Positions 40,735-48,423 of a stretch of DNA of 64,000 bases are shown here, one piece after another. The DNA is from an uncultured delta proteobacterium (GTDB taxonomy: Bacteria; Myxococcota; Kuafuiibacteriia; Kuafuiibacteriales; Kuafuiibacteriaceae). Positions within the stretch are counted from its first letter, which is position 1. Every line of letters begins with the position of its first letter. The stretch is taken from positions 1,888,001 through 1,952,000 of the forward strand of contig CAWDML010000001.1 of NCBI GenBank assembly GCA_963803435.1. Reading direction: 5' to 3'. A program made the position numbers and the translations under genes. The notes under the pieces were generated by a model, which made no database searches, had not been told where the DNA came from, and saw only the letters and a list, made by a program, of their open reading frames with translations.

Positions 40735-42024
40735 TTGACCACCTTCACGATTCGATCGTTGAGCGAGTCCATCACATAGAGGTTCCCGTCGGGGTCGAAG
40801 GCGACGCCGAACGGACGTCTGAGGTGCGTCTCGGTCGCGGGCAGCCTCTCCTCTTCGTCGAGCCCGAGCTCGCCGGTGCCGACCACCGTCCGGATCACGC
40901 CGGTGCTCGAGATCGACGGCGCGGACGGCACCGTTGTCGGTGTCCGCAAAGTACAGATCGCCCTCCGGTCCGATCTCGAGGTCGCGCGGCGCGCTCAGCT
41001 GCGCCTGGTCGGCCGCTCCGCCGTCTCCACCGAACCCCTTCTCGCCCGTCCCGGCGATCGTGGAGACCGAGCTGTCGGCGAGGTCGACGACGCGGACCCG
41101 ATTGTTCTCGGTGTCTGCGACGTACAGCTTGCCCTCGTGATGGACGATCCCGCCGCTCGGGTTCGGGTTGGAACCGACGGCCCAGGAGAACTGGGCCTCG
41201 GTGGATGGGCCGTTCTGGTACCCTGGCGTCCCGGTACCCGCGAGCGTACTGATGATGCCCTCGGGATCGATCATGCGGATGCGCTCGTTTTGCTGATCCA
41301 CGACGTAGATGTTGCCTTGCTCGTCGACCGTGGCGTCGTCGGGCTGCTTGAAGAGGGCCTGCGCCACCGGGCCGCCGTCACCCGCGAAGCCGGCACCGCT
41401 GCCGCCGACGACGCTCACCCAGCCGGTGTTTGGGTCGATGCTGAGGAGCTTGTGGTTGTGCCAGGCGACGAGCAGCACCGAGCCGTCCGCCTGCACGATG
41501 AGGTTGGTGGGATGGTTGAGCTGCCACTCGGCGCCGGCGGCGCCGCCCGGCTTGACGCCGCCGAACGGTCCGTCGCCCGGGAAGACCGGGTCCGTCCACC
41601 CGACCATGCTCTCGATGGTGTCGTCCGTCCGAACCCTGCGGAGCAGGTAGTTGTTGAAGTCGCTCAGCCACGCCGTTCCGTCGGGGAGGAAGACCAGGTC
41701 CTGCACCTGGTTGAACTTGGTCTCCCAGCGGTTGTGTCCGTCCCCGTTGAAGCCCTCTTCGCCCTTGAGCCCGGCCCAGGTACACGCGGTCCCCGAGGCC
41801 GCCCCCGCGCAGGGATCCTTCGTCCCATCCTCCCCGCCGCACGCGAACAGGAGGGTAGCCGCCGCGACGGCAGCCCATGATCTGATCCGTCTCCCCCGGA
41901 CCGTCCCGATCGGGGCGACTCCATCCCCTTGAAGGATCGGCCTGCCCGGGAAACCGGGGGCCCACCGCGACGTACGTTGTACGCGCATGAGGGAGGACGA
42001 GCGGGGCCAATCCGTCGCGTGCAT
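40731..42024 (-). CDS. NHL-repeat lipoprotein A (frameshift near 40905; start 42024 or 41988)
   Basis: Lipobox LFAC; GFAGDGGP, YVADTENNRVR, YFADTDNG; C-terminus RPFGVAFDPDGNLYVMDSLNDRIVKVVK in adjacent frame. Confidence 0.85.
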
Positions 42025-42030
42025 CGGCCA

Positions 42031-42058
42031 TTCAACCCGTGGGGCGGGTGTCGAGGCA
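42031..42058 (-). promoter_or_regulatory. putative ECF-dependent promoter of the NHL genes
   Basis: TGCC-N15-CGGGTTGAA, same layout as the motif upstream of the ECF gene. Confidence 0.55.
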
Positions 42059-42065
42059 GCGAGAA

Positions 42066-42725
42066 TCAGAAAAAGTGGATGCAGGTCACCGGCGGTGACT
42101 CCGGCATGACCCCGGGCTTCTCCAGGACCGAGATGTTGACGAGGCTGTCGGGCGCCGCGGTGCGGAGGCGATCGCTCGGCCCGTCGCCCTCGCAGGCGCC
42201 CTCGAGCAGGCGGTAGCCGGGGCGCATCGGCGCGTCGGTCTCGAATGTGAGCGGCAGCGTCGACGCCTCCGCCGTGGGCCGATCGCCGCGCACGTAGAGG
42301 ACCAGCTGATCCCATGCGACGGCCATGATGGTGTCCCCCGCTCCGAACGCGCCGTCGCCGTCCACGTCGTCGAACATGACCGGACAACCAACGTCGGCGG
42401 TCACCGGACCATCTGCCGTCATGAAGACGTTGGATTCCTCCACCGGTGGGAGATCGTAGATGTCCGTGGCGAAGTACGCGGGATATGACTCCGTCGGGAT
42501 CGTCGTGACTCGCGGGAGGACCGAGTGCGCTTCACCCCGGTCGAGCCACTTCCACAACACACCGACCGTGGGCTGCGCCGACGGAATCTTTCCTTCGGTC
42601 CCGCAGACGATCCCTTCGAGGTGCATCCGCGAATCGCCCAGGAAGTCACCGGGCGCGAGCGGGTCGCCGCACGCGGCCGAGAGCGTGGCGAGGAGGAGCG
42701 CCACCCGAACCGAGTTGATCGACAT
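42066..42725 (-). CDS. hypothetical lipoprotein
   Basis: Lipobox SAAC; EF-hand-like DDVDGDGAF; GGGAGG ribosome-binding site. Confidence 0.75.
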   Translation of the reverse strand: MSINSVRVALLLATLSAACGDPLAPGDFLGDSRMHLEGIVCGTEGKIPSAQPTVGVLWKWLDRGEAHSVLPRVTTIPTESYPAYFATDIYDLPPVEESNVFMTADGPVTADVGCPVMFDDVDGDGAFGAGDTIMAVAWDQLVLYVRGDRPTAEASTLPLTFETDAPMRPGYRLLEGACEGDGPSDRLRTAAPDSLVNISVLEKPGVMPESPPVTCIHFF

Positions 42726-42746
42726 CCTCCCTCATGAATAGCACGA

Positions 42747-44289
42747 TCAGAAGTGAACGCCTGCACCCGCGCCCGCATGAAACGTGATCGACGCGCGGCG
42801 GGCGGCGCTGTCTGCGGTCTGACCCGTGCGGAGGAAGTAGGTAGGAAGCGCCGCCTCTACGCGAAAGTAGAACCTGTCCACCGGTATCTCACCCAAGGCG
42901 ACCGGGCCGCCGAACAGTCCGTAGGAGGTGCGATTCGCGGTGAGCTCGTCGTCGAAGCGCTGCACGAGCCGAATGCCTCCGACCTCGAGCCCGAGCGACA
43001 GTGAGATCGGCCCCAGGTCGAAGGCGCGGAGGGCCGCCAGGGCGATCGTCAGCTCCATCGTGTCGATGGCGATGCGGTCGTTGAGCGCGTGCGCGGCGCC
43101 GACGCCGAGGCGAGCCTCGAGCGAGAGCTCGGCCAGATCGTAGCGAAGACCGATCGCCGTCTGCCAGGCCGGACCGCCCTGCTGGATCGATCCCCGGACG
43201 CCGCCCAGTGCGAACGCCGATCCCACCGCGGTCACGGTGGTGCCGCCCTTGCGGACCACCCGCGCGAAGTCGACGCGCGACATGGTGTCCAGGTCCACCG
43301 ATCGGGCGGCGCCCTCCTTCACCTCGAACGTGCCCACCAGCAGATGGTCGGTGGCGCGGCGCGTGACCCGGTACTCCGCCGCCGGGAGAGCGAGCGCGCG
43401 GGAGCCGGTGTCGAGGCTGACCTCGGCCACTGCGACGCCCCGACCAGGCTCTTCGACCAGGTAGCGGCCGGGCTCGTCGAAGCGCAACACGCCGATGCGA
43501 CCGCGCGCCGTACGCACGTCGGTGAGCACGAGATCGTCCCGGCCCTTGAGCTCGAATCCGATACGTCGGATGCTGCGGCCCGGCAATCGTGACGTTCGTG
43601 GCCGCGAGCGTGCGCGACGAGGCATAAGCGAACGCTTCGCCCAGGCTCACCTCTCCGTCGCCGTTCTCGTCTCCGGCGCCCAGCATGGCCGAGGCGAAGT
43701 AGTGGGTGAAGAACGACGCGCGCAGCTGATCCGACTCCTGCGAGTCCTCGCCCGCCGCGCTCGAGGCCAGGATCGCGACACCCTCGGCCGCTACCGGCGC
43801 CTGCATCACGACCGGAAACATCGGGCCGCGCCAGCCGCCCTTGACGCGGGTCAAGGCGCCCGAGCGACACGCATCGAGCACGAGGATCCGCGTGCGTGCG
43901 CTGGAGCCGACGACGCGATCGCGGAGCGTGGCGAGGGGAAAGCGGGTCCCGTCGATGTGGAGCGCTTCACCGTCGGAGTGCCCCGAGTAGTAGACGAGCA
44001 GCAGCGACTCTGGATCGCCGTCGTCGAACCGCGCTTCGATCGCATCGAGCGCGGCCCCCAGCTGGGGCGCGCTCGCGCCGGTGAGCGTCACCACGTCGGA
44101 GTCGGCGAACCCGCCGATGGTCCGCAGGATGTCGGCGATTCGCTCGGCGTCCTGCTCGGCATAGCGCAGCTCGACGTCGCTCGGATCGCCGCGGTTGACG
44201 CCGACGACCACCGCGCGGCGTGTCGCAGCGGCCGCCTCCGCTCCCGCCAGGAGCCCGAGGATCGCCAGCGCGGTGGGCGCTCGGATCAT
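42747..44289 (-). CDS. exported caspase-family (peptidase C14) protein with C-terminal outer-membrane beta-barrel (frameshift near 43557)
   Basis: Signal peptide; YYSGHS and LDACRSG catalytic dyad; SFFTH; DENGDGEVSLGE; amphipathic strands ending GAGVHF. Confidence 0.88.
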
Positions 44290-45014
44290 GGGGTCTTCTC
44301 GAGGACGAACGCGGTCTCGGCGCAGTCGAGCGCGATCCGATCCACGTTGGCCGGATGACCGCCCGCCGCCGCCAGCGCATCCTCCAGGCTCCGCTGGATG
44401 ACGTCGCGCGGCAGGGGCCTGTTGCAGAGCATCGCCACGATCCTCTCCGGACCGAGCGTATCATCGAGGGTGATGCTGCCGTCGAGGAGCTGTCCCCGCC
44501 CCGCTTCGATCGCGAGGCTCTCGCCCTCGTCGGGATAATAGAGCGTGACCCGGGGACCCGAGTCGAGAGACGCGATCGTGAGGTATCCCGCGTCGTTCGC
44601 GCTGACGCGGAAGCGGATCGCCTCGCCCGACGCGACGCGGCTTCCGGGCAGCAGCTGCTCCACCCGCCCATCCTCGTGTCGCACCACGACATCCAATGCG
44701 AGGCCGCCCTTCGGGCGCTCGGTCGGAGGGGGTGGCCGGACCAGGAACAAGAGCAACGCCGCCGCCAGCGCCGACAGCGCGCCCAGCGCCACGATCCGCC
44801 GGGGACGGCGTGCGCGGGCCACCCAGAGCTCCGCCGGGAAGGTCGCCTTCGCCGCCTCGAGCCGCTGCAAGCGCGCGGCGCAGCTCGAGCACGAAGCCGC
44901 GTGCGCCTTCACCGCGGCGGACAGCTCCGTCCCTTCTCGGATCTCGCCCGCGATCCAGCGGTCGAGGATCAGATCGGACAGACACGTCTCGGCCCGCTGC
45001 CTGGTGATGGTCAT
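44286..45014 (-). CDS. zf-HC2 anti-sigma factor with TM helix and DUF4384-like periplasmic domain
   Basis: HAASCSSC; TM IVALGALSALAAALLLFLV; GEAIRFRV...GYLTI...TLYYP...ITLDDTLGPERIVA. Confidence 0.85.
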   Translation of the reverse strand: MTITRQRAETCLSDLILDRWIAGEIREGTELSAAVKAHAASCSSCAARLQRLEAAKATFPAELWVARARRPRRIVALGALSALAAALLLFLVRPPPPTERPKGGLALDVVVRHEDGRVEQLLPGSRVASGEAIRFRVSANDAGYLTIASLDSGPRVTLYYPDEGESLAIEAGRGQLLDGSITLDDTLGPERIVAMLCNRPLPRDVIQRSLEDALAAAGGHPANVDRIALDCAETAFVLEKTP

Positions 45015-45496
45015 GCGACCTCCTCCGACTCGCCCACCGCGAGCCTCGCCTGCTTGCGGAACTCTTCGAGCCGGTTCCCGACGGTCCGGCGCGATACGCC
45101 CAGGATCTCGGCGATCTCGGCTTGATTCATCTGATCGAGATAGTAGTAGACGGCGATCTGCGCCATCTCCTCCGGGACGCGCGACAGCAGCTCGAGGACC
45201 AGCACTTGCTGCTCCGGCCCTTCGCTCGACGCCGGGGCGTCCGGGCGGGCCGAGACGAGCTCCGCCCGCCGCTGCGCATTCCTGCGCACGTTCAGGCAGT
45301 AGTTGGTCGTGACTCGATACAGCCAGGTGGTGGGAGACACGTTCTCCCAGAACTCCACCTTGGAGCGAATCGCTCGCACGAAGACCTCCTGCATCGCATC
45401 ACCCGCCGCCTGCTCGTCTCCCAGGATGGCGCACGCACGTCGAAACACCATCGAGCCGTGAGCTCGATAGAGCTGGTCGAGAGTGGCGCGATCCAT
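45011..45496 (-). CDS. ECF sigma factor
   Basis: DAMQEVF, WLYRVTTNYCLN, MNQAEIAEILGVSRRTV; ATGA overlap with anti-sigma. Confidence 0.93.
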   Translation of the reverse strand: MDRATLDQLYRAHGSMVFRRACAILGDEQAAGDAMQEVFVRAIRSKVEFWENVSPTTWLYRVTTNYCLNVRRNAQRRAELVSARPDAPASSEGPEQQVLVLELLSRVPEEMAQIAVYYYLDQMNQAEIAEILGVSRRTVGNRLEEFRKQARLAVGESEEVA

Positions 45497-45507
45497 CCGC
45501 CTTCTCG

Positions 45508-45535
45508 TTGAACCCGCGATCGGCCGCCGAGGGCA
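45508..45535 (-). promoter_or_regulatory. putative autoregulatory ECF promoter
   Basis: TGCC-N15-CGGGTTCAA, 11 nt upstream of ATG. Confidence 0.55.
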
Positions 45536-45606
45536 AGTCGTGCCCGATTTCGGGCGAAGCCCTGAGTCACTCGATCCGCGGGCCCCGCCGAGGTCTTCCG
45601 CTGTCC

Positions 45607-46239
45607 TCACGGGAGGTCGCGATAGCTCGGACGATCGCGCGCACCCCGCGCCGCCGCGCACGCGTCGAAGAACAGGTACGTCACCCGCAGCCAGGACTCG
45701 TAGAGCGTGAAGCCCAGCCGATAGAGCGCCGAATCCGGGATCTGGGCCGCGAACGGCTGCACGCTCGCGCCCGCGCACTGAAAGAGACGCTGCGCTCGGG
45801 CCAGATGGTACGGCGAGCTCACCACGATCACGGACACATCCTTCCTGCCCAGCCGGCGGCGGAGCAGCGCCACTGAGAAGCGGGCGTTCGTGATGGTCGA
45901 GGTGGAGCGGCGCTCCATGAGGACCACGGCCTCGGGCACGCCCAGCCGGAGCGCCAGCGCCCGCATGACCTCGGCCTCCACGAACGCCCCGGTCTTCCCG
46001 CCGCTCAGGACGAGGATCGGCGCCCTGCCCTCCCGGAAGATTCGGACGCCCGCCTCCACGCGACGCCGCGTCTCCGGCCGCACCTCGCCCCGTGCATCGG
46101 CCGCGGGACGGTTGCCGAGCACCACGATGGCATCGGCGGTCCTGAGGGGTGCGAGCTCCGGCAACACCGAGCAGCCCGAGGCGATCAGAACAGATAGTAG
46201 TAGAGGGCGGCGCCCACCACCGCCAGCACGAGCAGCCAT
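45607..46239 (-). CDS. YdcF/ElyC (DUF218) family protein (start uncertain)
   Basis: DAIVVLG, LSGG, EAEVM, STSTITNA, VSSPYHLARA. Confidence 0.88.
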   Translation of the reverse strand: MAARAGGGGRRPLLLSVLIASGCSVLPELAPLRTADAIVVLGNRPAADARGEVRPETRRRVEAGVRIFREGRAPILVLSGGKTGAFVEAEVMRALALRLGVPEAVVLMERRSTSTITNARFSVALLRRRLGRKDVSVIVVSSPYHLARAQRLFQCAGASVQPFAAQIPDSALYRLGFTLYESWLRVTYLFFDACAAARGARDRPSYRDLP

Positions 46240-47201
46240 ACGCCCCAGTTCCCCCGGCGCTCGGCGGGCAGGATCAGCGAGTCACCCGCAGGGGTGAGCG
46301 GACGCGGGCTCCGGCGCGCCGCCGGCGCGGTATTGACGGCGATCCGGGGTCCCGAGGCGCTCTGCACCCGCACCACCGGACGGCTCGGATCGACGGGCGG
46401 CATCGTCGGCTGACCCTCCTCCGCGCCGTTCGTCCGCACCCGCAGCCGCTCGACCGGCGTCGGCGGGTAGCTCTTCGAGAGCGTCTCGTTCGCCAACCGA
46501 TCCTCGGCGCCGTAATGATCGGCATCGATGGACGGATGATGCCCTTCGGAGATCGTCGCCTCGGCGACCAGATCGTGCCGTCTCCTCCCGGGCGCCTCGG
46601 CCTCGAGGACGTCGGTCTCGACGGGCTCGGGCGGCGGCAGGATCTCGTCGTCCATCGTACTCGGCTCGGGCGGCAGCGTCGGGAGATGCTCGAGGTCCTC
46701 GTCATCCTCGTCGTCGTCGTCGTCGATCGGTTCGGGCTCCACCAGCGAGGGCGGTGGGAGCAGGCTCTCCACCGTGGCGCCCACGCACGCGATCACCTCC
46801 TCGCGTGCGGCGGGGGCGCCGAGCGTGTCGCGGATCCAGGTCCGGAGCTGATCGGCGTCGCGCGGACGCTCGGTCGGATCCTCGCTGGTCAGCCGCGCGA
46901 GCAGGCTGCGCGCGGTGGCCGGCACGATGTCGGCGTCCGATCCGTCTCCCAGCATCTCGGCGACCAGCGGCGCGATGTCGTCGAGGTTGCCGGGATCTTC
47001 GGAGCGCAGCATGGCGACCCCGCGATGATCGATCAGCACGTCGTCCAGGCGGGGTCGGCGCGAAGGCGTCTCCGGCTGGGCCAGGAGGTCATCCAGTATG
47101 GAGACCGCCACGGCCACCGGAAGCGCGACACCGCGCGCGTTCCAGGCCCGGACCAGCTCAACCAGTCTTGCTTGCGGGGCTCGATGAGGACTGGCTTCCA
47201 T
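46185..47201 (-). CDS. membrane-anchored protein with degenerate kinase C-lobe-like N-terminus
   Basis: LPVAVAVSILDDLL, DVLIDHRG, LLARLTSEDPTERPRDADQL; acidic linker; C-terminal TM. Confidence 0.55.
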   Translation of the reverse strand: MEASPHRAPQARLVELVRAWNARGVALPVAVAVSILDDLLAQPETPSRRPRLDDVLIDHRGVAMLRSEDPGNLDDIAPLVAEMLGDGSDADIVPATARSLLARLTSEDPTERPRDADQLRTWIRDTLGAPAAREEVIACVGATVESLLPPPSLVEPEPIDDDDDEDDEDLEHLPTLPPEPSTMDDEILPPPEPVETDVLEAEAPGRRRHDLVAEATISEGHHPSIDADHYGAEDRLANETLSKSYPPTPVERLRVRTNGAEEGQPTMPPVDPSRPVVRVQSASGPRIAVNTAPAARRSPRPLTPAGDSLILPAERRGNWGVWLLVLAVVGAALYYYLF

Positions 47202-47574
47202 CCGATCCTTCCACCATTTGTCGCGACAGCGTCAGGAGGCGGTTCAACTCGTTCGGATCCGACTCCTTGAATCGCAGCGCCATTCCGCGGGTCCGGGCCG
47301 TGACCTTCGAACCCGTGGAGACCGGCTCCTCCTCCACGCGAACGACCTCGGCGCGCATCTTGATCGGACGGACGCCCGGGCCGGGCGCGATCTCCAGGGC
47401 CACCTCGGTGCCCAGCTCGAGACCGACGGTCGTGTCGATGAACACACCCCCTGCCGAGATGTTCCGGCTGATATCGGCGTATCCCTCCGACGGCCGACCC
47501 AGGTGTCGGAACTCGACGTGCAGCTCCACCGGAAGCCGTGCGGACTTGCGACGTTCGGCTCCAGGGTGCGCCAT
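47158..47574 (-). CDS. PilZ domain protein (TIGR02266-like)
   Basis: RRKSAR (RxxxR) and NISAGG c-di-GMP motifs, AEVVRV, GMALRF. Confidence 0.92.
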   Translation of the reverse strand: MAHPGAERRKSARLPVELHVEFRHLGRPSEGYADISRNISAGGVFIDTTVGLELGTEVALEIAPGPGVRPIKMRAEVVRVEEEPVSTGSKVTARTRGMALRFKESDPNELNRLLTLSRQMVEGSDGSQSSSSPASKTG

Positions 47575-47583
47575 CTCGCCGGC

Positions 47584-47592
47584 ATCCTAGCA
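47584..47592 (-). promoter_or_regulatory. extended -10 element of PilZ gene
   Basis: TG-C-TAGGAT 9 nt before ATG. Confidence 0.4.
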
Positions 47593-47675
47593 AAAGACGG
47601 GATCCTCGGTCTAACCTCGGCCGCGTTCTTGTCGTTTGGGTCCCGTCGGGGGTCCAAGGACGTATAGCGGAAGGG

Positions 47676-48422
47676 ATGCGCACACCCACCTCCATCCTGA
47701 TCTTGGCCCTCCTGTGGGGTTGCGAGCAGGACGTCATCGACAAGGGGCGCCGCGACACCGGCGTGGTCCCCGACTCCGGCCTCGTGGGTGCGCTGCCGCT
47801 CCGGGCGGGGATGACCTTCACCTACGCCGCGACCCTCACCTACCGGAGCGACGCGGTCGCGGAAGAAACCTCGCTGTACACGCTCACCGTCCACATCGCC
47901 TCGGTCGACGATCAGGGCCCGGGCGCGAGCAGCCTGACGTTCACGGCCACCGGCGCGCAGACCCTCGACGACGACTGGCAGGCCACCTCGGACTTCGATC
48001 TCTGGACGTCGCGTCTCGGCCCGTCCCTCGGGACCGATCGACTCTCCCTCTCGGCGGTGGAGGACCCGCTCTCCGATCCGCCGCTGATCCCGCCCTTCCC
48101 GATGCCGCCGAAGGCGCTGCCCCAGCCGGGCACCTTCTTCTTCGACGTGCGCGCGATCGACGCCATCGGGGCCGCGTTCGTGGAGGCGCACCAGGGCCAG
48201 CAGCCGCAGCTGGTCAACCCGGAGACGGCCGCCGCCGGCACCTGGGCGTTCTCGTACGACGGCCCCGATCCGACCACGATCTATTATCTCGCCAACAAGA
48301 ACCGCAGCGTGCGACTCGAGTATCACCGGGACGGCTGGCTCGTGCGGCTCGATGAGACCGTCGGCAACTCCTCCGTCCCCCCTGCGTCGCACGCGACGTT
48401 GATCCTGATGTCCGGACCGTGA
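47676..48422 (+). CDS. hypothetical lipoprotein
   Basis: MRTPTSILILALLWGC lipobox; beta-rich. Confidence 0.75.
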   Translation: MRTPTSILILALLWGCEQDVIDKGRRDTGVVPDSGLVGALPLRAGMTFTYAATLTYRSDAVAEETSLYTLTVHIASVDDQGPGASSLTFTATGAQTLDDDWQATSDFDLWTSRLGPSLGTDRLSLSAVEDPLSDPPLIPPFPMPPKALPQPGTFFFDVRAIDAIGAAFVEAHQGQQPQLVNPETAAAGTWAFSYDGPDPTTIYYLANKNRSVRLEYHRDGWLVRLDETVGNSSVPPASHATLILMSGP

Positions 48423-48423
48423 G

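Noticed and set aside
39439-42387. Single 982-aa NHL protein in the ORF track
   Set aside because: An internal second signal peptide and lipobox at 40734 and a frameshift near 40905 show two tandem genes.
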